A stretch of 64,000 bases of DNA from an uncultured Gammaproteobacteria bacterium (GCA_963827755.1 CAWHCQ010000014.1:32001-96000); one strand, 5' to 3'. Shown: positions 44,455-53,454, counted from the stretch's first letter. Program-made: numbers and translations. The notes: generated by a model not told the origin, from the letters alone.

Positions 44455-45731
44455 GTGCGTCGCTACAACGTGGCATCAATGCCTTCAAGGAACAGATCGA
44501 TGCACCGGTGGCATCCTTTTTCAGCAGCTGCGTGCGTTGTGGCCTGTGCGCCCCGGCTTGCCTGTTCCATACAGAGACCGGTGACCCGGCGCTCACCCCG
44601 ATATACAAGCTGGAGCCATTGCGCCGTGTCTGGCAGCAGGAATATACATTCTGGGGCCGATTTGCCAAGGCACTCGGGCTGAGTAAACCGGTGACTGACG
44701 AGGAGCTGAGCGAATGGGAACCGCTGGTGTATGACAGCTGTACCCTGTGCGGGCGCTGTTCCATGGTCTGCCCGCTTGGTAACGACATCACCTACATGAT
44801 CCGCAAGATGCGCGAGGGTATGGCGGCCTCCGGTCATGCGCCGCCGGGCCTGATCGGTGCGACCAAACGTGCGGTCACCATCGGCAGCCCGATGGGCGTT
44901 AAATTACCCGCATTGCAGGCGCAGATCCGCCACACAGAGAAGGAAACCGGGTTGAAAATTCCAGTGGATGTGGCCGGGGTGGATTACATGCTGTTGCTGT
45001 CATCCATGGAGATCATGAACTTTCCGGAGTTTATGGGCGCCATTTCGAAGATTTTCAAGCAGGCTGACGTCAGCTGGACGATTTCGAGCGAGGCCTTCGA
45101 AGCCACCAACAGCGGCATCCAGATCGGCGTATCTGAGATTGCCGCCGAGTTGGTGCAGCGTGTTGTTGATGCGGCTGAAAAGTTGAAAGTGAAATCGGTA
45201 ATCAGTCCGGAATGTGGTCATGCCTACATGGCGATTCGCTGGGAAGGCCCGAACCTGATCGGCAAGCCCTTCGGTTTCAAGGTCGTGCATATCCTTGAAG
45301 TACTGGATGACCTGCGCAAGCAGGGTCGCCTGAAGATTGACAGCAAGGAAATGCAGCGTCTCACTTACCATGATCCCTGCCAGGTGTCGCGCCGCGGTGG
45401 CGTGGTGCAGGAGCCGCGCAACCTGATGAACATGGTCGCCGGAGAATTCGTCGAGTTGCCGGAAACAGGCACCATGAACTGGTGTTGCGGGGCCGGTGGC
45501 GGTGTCAGCAGTAATGAACGTGCCGATGAACTGCGCCTGAAGGCCTTTAATCGCAAGAAAAAGCAACTGGATGCGATACATCCCGATGCCATTGTGTCGG
45601 CCTGTTCCAACTGCCGCATACACCTTGAGGATGGACTGGAGGAATACGGTATGGATATGCCGGTCTTCAGCCTGACGGAAACAATTGCAGAACATCTGGT
45701 TGATAATGAACCATCAGGGGGCAAGGAGTGA
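44451..45731 (+). CDS. isp2: Isp2, HdrD/DsrK-like Fe-S protein with CCG domains
   Basis: CVRCGLCAPAC, CTLCGRCSMVCP, ECGH, YHDPC, CCGAGGG, ACSNC. Confidence 0.9.
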   Translation: MSASLQRGINAFKEQIDAPVASFFSSCVRCGLCAPACLFHTETGDPALTPIYKLEPLRRVWQQEYTFWGRFAKALGLSKPVTDEELSEWEPLVYDSCTLCGRCSMVCPLGNDITYMIRKMREGMAASGHAPPGLIGATKRAVTIGSPMGVKLPALQAQIRHTEKETGLKIPVDVAGVDYMLLLSSMEIMNFPEFMGAISKIFKQADVSWTISSEAFEATNSGIQIGVSEIAAELVQRVVDAAEKLKVKSVISPECGHAYMAIRWEGPNLIGKPFGFKVVHILEVLDDLRKQGRLKIDSKEMQRLTYHDPCQVSRRGGVVQEPRNLMNMVAGEFVELPETGTMNWCCGAGGGVSSNERADELRLKAFNRKKKQLDAIHPDAIVSACSNCRIHLEDGLEEYGMDMPVFSLTETIAEHLVDNEPSGGKE

Positions 45732-46183
45732 TGACCCAGGTTACCAACGATACTGAATTCAGGAAGGCGCTTGAAAGTCTTGATTCAACCCGGCAGCGAC
45801 TGGTTGCGGCACGTTTTGTGGAGAATGTCCTTGCGTTGTGTTCCGATCAACGTGTTGCTCATATCATACAAATCGCCGGCAACAGTGAGGCGTCGGAAGC
45901 CGAGCTGACAGATGCCTTGAAAAACGCCAGGGCCACCACCTTTGATTGCCATACCCGCTGCGGTTCTGAAGGTGACTGGGCAGAGCAGGCCGGTTATTTC
46001 GTGGCGCGCGCGGCAACCGCCGCGCTGACACCCATCGGGCAAATGCCCAGTGGCCCGGCCTGGCAGGCGGCTCTGAGCAGCAGGATGGCGCAGACCTCGA
46101 AGTCGATCGTAACCGGCGATGACACGGCCGGAAAGGAAAGCCATGAGCAGTACCGGATCTTGTCCGGGTTTCTGGATTCTTAA
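45728..46183 (+). CDS. Hypothetical protein within hydrogenase operon
   Basis: Overlaps isp2 stop, AAGGAG RBS, 14 bp before large-subunit start. Confidence 0.8.
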   Translation: MMTQVTNDTEFRKALESLDSTRQRLVAARFVENVLALCSDQRVAHIIQIAGNSEASEAELTDALKNARATTFDCHTRCGSEGDWAEQAGYFVARAATAALTPIGQMPSGPAWQAALSSRMAQTSKSIVTGDDTAGKESHEQYRILSGFLDS

Positions 46184-46197
46184 AGGGACTACACATT

Positions 46198-47919
46198 ATG
46201 ACCGAACGCATTGTTGTTGATCCAATCACCCGCATCGAGGGCCACTTGCGCATCGAGGCGCAGATGGATGGTGACCGCATTGCACAGGCCTATTCGGCCG
46301 GCACCATGGTGCGCGGTATTGAAATCATCCTGCGCGGCCGTGACCCACGCGATGCCTGGGCCTTTGCGCAGCGCATTTGCGGTGTCTGCACGCTGGTACA
46401 CGGGATGGCCTCCATCCGCTCGGTCGAGAATGCACTGGATTACCCGATCCCGCCGAATGCACAGCTGATTCGCAACCTGATGAACGGTGCACAGTACGTG
46501 CATGATCACGTCATGCATTTCTACCACCTGCATGCGCTCGACTGGGTCGACGTGGTGTCGGCGCTGAATGCCGACCCGGCGGCCACCTCGGCGCTGGCGC
46601 AGTCGCTGAGCAGCTATCCGAAATCCTCGCCCGGCTATTTCTCCGACATGAAGAAGAAGCTGAAGGATTTTGTCGAGGCCGGCCAGCTCGGCATCTTTGC
46701 CAATGGCTACTGGGGGCACCCGGCCTACAAGCTGCCGCCGGAGGCCAACCTGATGGCGGTGGCGCATTACCTGGAGGCATTGACCTGGCAGCGTGATGTC
46801 GCCAAGCTGCATGCCATCTTCGGCGGCAAGAATCCGCATCCGAATTTCCTCGTCGGTGGCGTGGCCTGCCCGATTGACCTGAATTCCGATTCCGCGATCA
46901 ATGCCGCAAAGCTTGCGCAGGTTCAGGAAATCATCAACAAGATGCAGGTCTTCGTCGACCAGGTATACATTCCCGATCTGCTGGCCATTGCCGGTTTTTA
47001 CAAGGACTGGGGCGGTCGCGGCGAAGGGTTGGGTAACTTCCTGACCTATGGCGACTTTCCCGAGAAGGGCATGGACGACCCGTCCAGCTTCCTCATTCCG
47101 TCCGGCGCCATCCTCAATCGCGACCTGTCGACTATTCACGATGTCGATATGAATGCGGCCGATGAAATCCAGGAGTACGTGTCGCATTCCTGGTATGACT
47201 ATGATGGCGGCAAAAACGAGGGCCTGCATCCCTATGACGGTGAGACCAGTCTCAATTACAGCGGACCCACACCTCCATACAAACACCTCGATGTGGACGA
47301 GTCCTATTCCTGGCTGAAGTCGCCTCGCTGGAAAGGGCATGCCATGGAAGTCGGGCCGCTGGCACGTGTATTGATGCTCTATGCCAGCGGGCACGAGCAG
47401 ACAAAGGAACTGGTTGGCATGACGCTGAGTAAGCTGGATGTCCCGGTGGATGCGCTGTTTTCCACGCTGGGGCGCACAGCGGCTCGCGGCCTGGAGACAA
47501 AGATTATCGGTGACATGATGCAGACTTGGCACAATAACCTGGTGGCCAACATCAAGGCCGGTGATACCAAGACGCATAATGAAAAGTTCTGGGAGCCCTC
47601 AACCTGGCCGAAGCAGGCGAAGGGTGTTGGCTTCATGGAGGCACCACGTGGCGGCCTGGCGCACTGGATCGTGATCGAAGATGGCATAATCAAGAACTAC
47701 CAGGCCGTTGTCCCGAGTACCTGGAATGCCGGGCCGCGTGACCAGAACGGGCAGCCGGGCGCCTACGAGGCAGCCTTGCAGGATAACCACACCCTGCATG
47801 ATGCGAAGCAGCCGATCGAGATCCTGCGTACCATCCACAGCTTCGATCCCTGCATTGCCTGCGCAGTGCACGTTACCGATCCGGATGGTGAAGAACTGAT
47901 CAAGGTAAAGGTGCGCTGA
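46198..47919 (+). CDS. hynL: [NiFe]-hydrogenase large subunit
   Basis: DPITRIEGH, L1 RICGVC, L2 FDPCIACAVH plus cleavable C-terminal extension. Confidence 0.96.
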   Translation: MTERIVVDPITRIEGHLRIEAQMDGDRIAQAYSAGTMVRGIEIILRGRDPRDAWAFAQRICGVCTLVHGMASIRSVENALDYPIPPNAQLIRNLMNGAQYVHDHVMHFYHLHALDWVDVVSALNADPAATSALAQSLSSYPKSSPGYFSDMKKKLKDFVEAGQLGIFANGYWGHPAYKLPPEANLMAVAHYLEALTWQRDVAKLHAIFGGKNPHPNFLVGGVACPIDLNSDSAINAAKLAQVQEIINKMQVFVDQVYIPDLLAIAGFYKDWGGRGEGLGNFLTYGDFPEKGMDDPSSFLIPSGAILNRDLSTIHDVDMNAADEIQEYVSHSWYDYDGGKNEGLHPYDGETSLNYSGPTPPYKHLDVDESYSWLKSPRWKGHAMEVGPLARVLMLYASGHEQTKELVGMTLSKLDVPVDALFSTLGRTAARGLETKIIGDMMQTWHNNLVANIKAGDTKTHNEKFWEPSTWPKQAKGVGFMEAPRGGLAHWIVIEDGIIKNYQAVVPSTWNAGPRDQNGQPGAYEAALQDNHTLHDAKQPIEILRTIHSFDPCIACAVHVTDPDGEELIKVKVR

Positions 47920-47999
47920 ATGAGTCCTGGATGCGGCGTTTTTGAAGATGCAAACGGAACCCGAAAACTTACTGAAACGAAAATACCGGAGAATATGAT

Positions 48000-48254
48000 A
48001 TGCAACTGAGATCCCTGTGTGCTGTACCACTTGCGCTGATTGCCCTGCTGGGTTCCCCGCTTGCCCTGGCGCATTCCGGTGCCGGACTGGCAGATGGCTT
48101 TATCCACATGCTGGAGATGCCCGCACTGACCACGGTCACGGGCTACATGGTCGGGCTGTCACTCTCGACCGGGCTGTTGATGATGCTCGGCCTTATCCTG
48201 CGGCAGGTGGTGGTGACGCGCAAGCCACATTCACACTCGAGTACTACACTGTGA
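48000..48254 (+). pseudogene. Probable internally deleted HupE/UreJ nickel-transporter remnant
   Basis: Signal...LAHSG...GFIH joined directly to LEMP...GYMVG...TGLL, resembling the N- and C-terminal parts of HupE; only 84 aa. Confidence 0.5.
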
Positions 48255-48282
48255 CCCGGGTTAATCGACGAGGAATTTCATC

Positions 48283-48786
48283 ATGAGCGACAATGCATGC
48301 TTTGATATCGCAGTCAGCATGGATGCCATCAAGGCTTCACCACTGGGTGAAGAACTCACTGATGCGCAATGTGAACTGCTGGCCGGTGTCATGACGGCCT
48401 GTGGCATCAAGGACCGCTCTTTCCTGATTGAAGAGGGTCAGAAGGACGATACCCTGCATGTTCTCACCAGCGGGAATATGGAAGCCCTGGTGAAGACCGG
48501 CGGCGGCGAAATGGTCGGTCTGCACATACTTCGCGAAGGCGATATCCTCGGCGAGATGGGTTTTCTGGATGGTGTGGAGCATTCTGCCGGCCTGCGTGCC
48601 ATGGGTAACTGCGAATTCCTGCGGCTGGACCGCGAAGGATTCGAGAGCCTGCTGGAGAAGGACCCGGACCTTGTCTACAAGGTGATGCGCGCCATTGTCC
48701 GCACCGTGCATCGTATATTGAAGAATATGAATTTCCAGCAGATGGAATTGACCAACTACATCGCCAAGCAACACGGGCGTTACTAG
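48283..48786 (+). CDS. Stand-alone cyclic-nucleotide-binding domain protein
   Basis: EEGQKDDTLHVLTSG, GDILGEMGFLDG; no HTH. Confidence 0.85.
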   Translation: MSDNACFDIAVSMDAIKASPLGEELTDAQCELLAGVMTACGIKDRSFLIEEGQKDDTLHVLTSGNMEALVKTGGGEMVGLHILREGDILGEMGFLDGVEHSAGLRAMGNCEFLRLDREGFESLLEKDPDLVYKVMRAIVRTVHRILKNMNFQQMELTNYIAKQHGRY

Positions 48787-48900
48787 GATTTCGCGTTCCG
48801 GTAGTCCACGGTTCCCGTGGAAACGAGAGGGCGATTGCCTGCGGCAGGGTCCGCGCTGACGAATGGGCTGTTACTGACAGGCCAACGCTGAAACTCCCGC

Positions 48901-50091
48901 ATGAATAATCCGCTACAGCCCGCCCGGCACACCGGCAGTGCTGTTCTGAGCATGGGTTTCCGGCTGTTCTTTGCCGCTGCCGCCCTGTTCTCGGTGCTGT
49001 CTACGCTGGCCTGGATGGGTGTCTATGTACACGGCTGGCAGTGGCAGCCGTCTCTCGCGGCGGTGACCTGGCATGCCCATGAAATGGTCTACGGCTACAG
49101 CATGGCCGTGATCGCCGGTTTCCTGCTGACGGCGGTGCGCAACTGGACCGGTGTGCAGACCCTGCAGGGAGTACCCCTGTTGCTGCTGTTTCTGCTCTGG
49201 CTTGCCGCACGCATACTGCTGACCGGGGATGACGGGTTGCTGGCCTGGGCCGCGCTGGCTGACGGCCTGTTCAACCTGTTGCTGCTGGTTGCCCTGGCCT
49301 TGCCGGTATTCAAGGTGCGGCAGTTCAAGCAGGTCGGCATCCTTTCAAAGATCATGTTGCTGATGTTTGCCAACCTGCTGTTTTATGCCGGCGCGCTGAA
49401 AATCGTTCCCTGGGGTGTTCAGGCCGGTCTTTACTCGGGTGTGTACCTCGTCATCGCCTTGATCCTTGTCATGTCACGCCGGGTGTTGCCGTTCTTCATC
49501 GAACGCGGAGTATCCCGGCCGGTCACGCTGGTCAACCGCGCCTGGCTGGATGCGGCCAGTCTGTTCCTGTTTCTCGGATTCTGGGTTGCCGACATCGTCG
49601 AGCCGGATTCGTTGCCGGTGGCATGGCTGGCCGGGATATTGTGCGTGTTGCACGCCATCCGGTTGGCGGGATGGCATGCAGCGGGTATCCGGGGGCAGCC
49701 GCTGTTGTGGATTCTGTACCTGGCCTACGCTGTCGTGGTCATCGGCTTTGGTCTGAAGGTGGCCGTATACGTGTTCGGTATCTCGCCGTCTCTGCCTCTG
49801 CATGCATTTACCTATGGCGGAATTGGTCTGTTTACAATGGGTATGATGGCCCGCGTTACCCTGGGGCATACAGGAAGAAATATCCTGGAGCCACCGGCCG
49901 CGATGTCATGGATGTTTATGATCCTGCTGGCCGGTGTCGTCGTGCGTGTCGCCTTTCCGCTGTTCGACGACTCCCGCTACGCGCTCTGGATGGGGCTCTC
50001 GCAACTCCTGTGGATCGTTTCTTTTGGCGTGTTTCTGTTCACCTGCCTGCCCATGCTGGTCAGACCGCGCATCGATGGGCAGGCCGGGTAG
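48901..50091 (+). CDS. nnrS: NnrS family membrane protein
   Basis: GFRLFF, WHAHEMVYGY, GFLLTAVRNWTG, RVLPFF, MMARVTLGHTGR. Confidence 0.95.
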   Translation: MNNPLQPARHTGSAVLSMGFRLFFAAAALFSVLSTLAWMGVYVHGWQWQPSLAAVTWHAHEMVYGYSMAVIAGFLLTAVRNWTGVQTLQGVPLLLLFLLWLAARILLTGDDGLLAWAALADGLFNLLLLVALALPVFKVRQFKQVGILSKIMLLMFANLLFYAGALKIVPWGVQAGLYSGVYLVIALILVMSRRVLPFFIERGVSRPVTLVNRAWLDAASLFLFLGFWVADIVEPDSLPVAWLAGILCVLHAIRLAGWHAAGIRGQPLLWILYLAYAVVVIGFGLKVAVYVFGISPSLPLHAFTYGGIGLFTMGMMARVTLGHTGRNILEPPAAMSWMFMILLAGVVVRVAFPLFDDSRYALWMGLSQLLWIVSFGVFLFTCLPMLVRPRIDGQAG

Positions 50092-50198
50092 GCTGCGTCG
50101 CGGGTGAGGACGGATTGCGGGTGTCGTTCAGGAAACGGATACCCGCGGACTGCTGGCGGACAGGGTTGGCAGTGCCGTGGGCAGTGTGCGGATGTATT

Positions 50199-50798
50199 TC
50201 AGGGATGGAGCAGTGTTTTGTACCAGCCGTCCGCCGTCTTTTCATAGAGTTCCCGTTCGTGCAGCCGGTGCCAGCCGTACTTCCAGAATTCAATGTACTC
50301 AGGGACTACCCGGTAACCAAACCAGTGCGGCGGTCGCGGCACCGGCTGATCAAGAAATTTTTCATGGAACTCACTCACCTGGTGATCAAGCAGTTGACGA
50401 TCCTCGAGCGGGTCAGACTGCTGTGAGGCCCAGGCACCAAGCTGACTGTCCCTTGTGCGGGTGTTCCAGTAGCGATCAGATGCCTCGCTGCTGATCGGCT
50501 TGACCGGCCCCTCGATGCGTACCTGTTGCATCAGCGGCTGCCAGAAAAAGCACAGTGAGGCACGAGGATTTTCGACCAGGTCCCGGCCCTTGCGACTGTG
50601 GCTGTTGGTAAAAAAAACCAGTCCCCGTTCGTCGAAATCCTTCAGCAGCATGGTGCGCACCGAAGGGCGCCCATCGGCATCTGCGGTCGCCAGGGCCATG
50701 GCTGTGGGTTCGCGCAAACCCATCGCCGCTGCCGAATCCAGCAGTTTGCCGAGCCGCTTGAGCGCCTCCGCATAGAGTCCTTCGCTATTCGAACTCAT
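50199..50798 (-). CDS. pdxH: Pyridoxine/pyridoxamine 5'-phosphate oxidase
   Basis: AMALAT, PSVRTMLLK, QVRIEG, GAWASQQS, RLHER. Confidence 0.95.
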   Translation of the reverse strand: MSSNSEGLYAEALKRLGKLLDSAAAMGLREPTAMALATADADGRPSVRTMLLKDFDERGLVFFTNSHSRKGRDLVENPRASLCFFWQPLMQQVRIEGPVKPISSEASDRYWNTRTRDSQLGAWASQQSDPLEDRQLLDHQVSEFHEKFLDQPVPRPPHWFGYRVVPEYIEFWKYGWHRLHERELYEKTADGWYKTLLHP

Positions 50799-50857
50799 CC
50801 AGGTTTCCTCGCGTTCCTTCCGTTGGTCCCATTAAAACACTTTGCCTGCCAGCGACA

Positions 50858-50871
50858 ATGATTCAGATCAA
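50858..50871. promoter_or_regulatory. Possible FNR box upstream of pdxH
   Basis: ATGAT-TCAG-ATCAA, one mismatch. Confidence 0.45.
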
Positions 50872-50995
50872 ACCGGCCTCACTAAACCGGGTTATGCGGA
50901 ACCATGCATTGTCCGGGCGTGCGCAGGTGGACACGCTCCAACAAGCTCAGTGCTCCACAATTCCCGGAGCACGGCTGGCCGCTACGGCAGGCCTG

Positions 50996-51186
50996 TCAGT
51001 CAGCCATGCGTACATCGTGGAAAATGGACTGCAGGTCGCTGGCCCAGCGTTCGAAAATTACCGGGTCAACGTCATCGCCGGCAATCTCGGCATACAGTTT
51101 CGGATGTGCGGTGACCAGTATGGTCTGCTCACCTTCTGCGAAGATCGATATCTTGGGTGGCAGGTAGGCGATCAGTTGGGGAGCCT
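50996..51186 (-). pseudogene. C-terminal fragment of a DUF302-like domain
   Basis: Frame not in ORF track: KAPQLIAYLPPKISIFAEGEQTILVTAHP...WASDLQSIFHDVRMAD*. Confidence 0.55.
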
Positions 51187-51948
51187 TAAATTCTGGCTAA
51201 TGATGGACTGTTTCAGGTTCTCGATAGTCTCTTCGAGCGTATAGGGTGATTCGGCAATGATGACTTTCTCAGTTGTTATCGGTGGCGTTGTTTTCGCTTC
51301 AGCATGAACAGCGAGCGAGCGCACGTGACTGACAAGATCGTCAATTTCACTCTCTGCCAGCCCCTTCGCCAGGAAAGAGCGCATCGGGGTACCCTCGCGG
51401 CCGTGCAGCAGCGTGTGCCGGATCATGGCATCGGATGCCGCGGCCTGGAAGCCGGGATTATTCAGGGCCGGTGCAATAATCGGTAAATCCCGCTTGCGTG
51501 AAAAGGTGACGCCGGTCCCCTTGCCGCCTTCGCCGTCCGTGCCATGGCAATCGGCGCAGTAGGCGGCATAGAGCGCCTTGCCTTTCTGTGCGTTTCCCTT
51601 GACAGGTGTTGCGGAGAACTCCGGGGCCGGTTTTCCGGCCCAGCCACGGATATGGCCGACAATGGCATTTATCTGGGCCTCGCTCAGCCTGGGGAATGCC
51701 GGCATGACCCGTCCAGGCCGACCCAGACGGATAGTCCGGTGCAGAAAAGCATCATCGACGCTCTCCAGGAAGGCGGGTAGCGCAAGCGGCACGCCAACCC
51801 CGCCATCGCCCTTGTCACCGTGGCAGGCCGCACAATGAGCCCTGTACAACTGGCCTCCATCAGGCGCTGCTGCTGCAGTGCTCACCAGGCCGGCCATCAA
51901 TAACCCTGTAATCAGTCGCATTTGGTCTCTTTGAATCCAGGTTATCAA
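51172..51948 (-). CDS. Diheme c-type cytochrome with truncated DUF302-like C-terminus
   Basis: Signal peptide, CAACH and CADCH, distal Met motifs VMPAF/PMRSF, then ESPYTLEETIENLKQSI. Confidence 0.85.
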   Translation of the reverse strand: MITWIQRDQMRLITGLLMAGLVSTAAAAPDGGQLYRAHCAACHGDKGDGGVGVPLALPAFLESVDDAFLHRTIRLGRPGRVMPAFPRLSEAQINAIVGHIRGWAGKPAPEFSATPVKGNAQKGKALYAAYCADCHGTDGEGGKGTGVTFSRKRDLPIIAPALNNPGFQAAASDAMIRHTLLHGREGTPMRSFLAKGLAESEIDDLVSHVRSLAVHAEAKTTPPITTEKVIIAESPYTLEETIENLKQSIISQNLRLPN

Positions 51949-52049
51949 AAAATGCTAGATATTTGACATCTTGTTATGTTTTACTATTCTAGACGCGTGG
52001 GGTCAGGAATACCCGGAAGGATATATTATCCATTGTTCGGCCGGGGCTC

Positions 52050-52063
52050 TTGACACAGATCAA
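52050..52063. promoter_or_regulatory. Probable FNR box upstream of sulfur globule protein gene
   Basis: TTGAC-ACAG-ATCAA (one mismatch); TATAAA at 52089-52094. Confidence 0.6.
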
Positions 52064-52142
52064 TATCCACGGGTTGCAAGACAGGCAGTATAAAACCCGC
52101 TAATAAAGCGCAACTGACATTTCTGTAACGGAGAATACAAAT

Positions 52143-52562
52143 ATGAATATATTCAAGACTTTGATCGCGGCAGGCTCTATTGCCGGTCTCGCGGCATTGC
52201 CGATGACATCCGCTAATGCCTGGGGTCCCTGGAACAGTGGTTACGGCGATAGAGGCTGGGGCAATAATGGCTTTGGCGATGGCTGGGGTGATGGCTTTGG
52301 CGATATGTTTGGCGACGGCGACTTCGGCTTTAACATGAGCGGCAGCGGTCGCGGACGCGGCAGTGGTTATGGCCGTGGTTATGGCCGTGGTTATGGCGAC
52401 TATTACAACCGTGGTTACGGTGGTTATGGCGGCTATCCCGGTTATGGTTATGGCGGCTATCCTGGTGGTGGCTACGGCTATCCTGGCGGCGGCTATCCTG
52501 GTGGCTACGGCTACCCGGCTCCGATGGCTCCAGCTCCGGCAGCACCTGCAGCGGCCCAGTAG
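52143..52562 (+). CDS. Sulfur globule envelope protein (SgpA/SgpB-like)
   Basis: Signal peptide ending ANA-W, GDGDFGFNMSGSGRGRG, Gly/Tyr/Pro repeats, PAAPAA tail. Confidence 0.85.
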   Translation: MNIFKTLIAAGSIAGLAALPMTSANAWGPWNSGYGDRGWGNNGFGDGWGDGFGDMFGDGDFGFNMSGSGRGRGSGYGRGYGRGYGDYYNRGYGGYGGYPGYGYGGYPGGGYGYPGGGYPGGYGYPAPMAPAPAAPAAAQ

Positions 52563-52706
52563 TAACCTAAGCCTGCATGACAGCGTGTACACAGGGATGT
52601 GTACATCACTGCTACTAGCCTTGCTAGTACAGATGGACAAGAACAGACCAGAGAGATACTGGTCTGTTTTTTCTTTTTTAACCAGCGGACTTTGATAGAG
52701 GCCTCC

Positions 52707-53291
52707 ATGAAAACCCGATTGCTTGCTGCGGTACTAATCCTGTTAACTGCCACATTCACGACGGTAAATGCAGCACCCTACGGTGCCACGTCCCAGGCAG
52801 GCACTCCACCCCTCCTGCTCAAGGAAGGGATCAACAAACTGACAAACTTCATAAAATCCGGCAAAGCCGCTAACCAGGCACAGGCGAGGGCATTCCTGGT
52901 AAACGAGATTGCGCCGTATTTCGATTTTGCCTACATGACACGCTGGTCGGCCGGACCGGCCTGGCGGAGAATGGGACCCGAGCAACGCGCCCGCATGCAG
53001 GAGCAGCTCACCGAGTCATTCATGACTACACTGGTCCAGAAGCTGGCCAGCTACACCAGTCAGCCAATCCGGTATTTCACCCCGCGGGGGCAGAGCAGGA
53101 ACGATGTCCATGTACGTGCCTGGATAATGCAGCCGACTGGCATCCCCACCAAGCTCGAATTCCGCTTTTACCTGAGCGATCGCGGCTGGAAAATCTTCGA
53201 TGTCAAGGCTGACGGCAACAGCGCCGTGGTTCACTACCGTAGACAATTCAGGGACATGCTGCGGAACAGCCCGTCTGCGCGCCGCTATTGA
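52707..53291 (+). CDS. MlaC/Ttg2D-like periplasmic protein
   Basis: Signal peptide, IAPYFDFAYMTR, WKIFDVKADGNS...YRRQF. Confidence 0.8.
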   Translation: MKTRLLAAVLILLTATFTTVNAAPYGATSQAGTPPLLLKEGINKLTNFIKSGKAANQAQARAFLVNEIAPYFDFAYMTRWSAGPAWRRMGPEQRARMQEQLTESFMTTLVQKLASYTSQPIRYFTPRGQSRNDVHVRAWIMQPTGIPTKLEFRFYLSDRGWKIFDVKADGNSAVVHYRRQFRDMLRNSPSARRY

Positions 53292-53306
53292 TTTTCAATC
53301 ACTGAT

Positions 53307-53338
53307 TCCAGGCTGCCTTTTTATTCAGGCAGCCTGGA
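53307..53338. terminator. Stem-loop, probable terminator
   Basis: TCCAGGCTGCCT...AGGCAGCCTGGA 12-bp inverted repeat just after stop. Confidence 0.55.
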
Positions 53339-53454
53339 TATCCTGCAGAATACAATCCGGCCGTCGAGCCGGCCCGGCTTTCCGGTCACGTTTATGTGCG
53401 CCTGTGATTGACTGCAGGGCGAGCCGCTGCCATGCCGACAGTGAATCGACGTAA

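Noticed and set aside
46189-47577. 462-aa minus-strand ORF
   Set aside because: Antisense shadow of hynL.
52360-52520. GGTTATGGCCGT-type short tandem repeats as a VNTR element
   Set aside because: Explained by the Gly-Tyr-Pro repeats of the sulfur globule protein.
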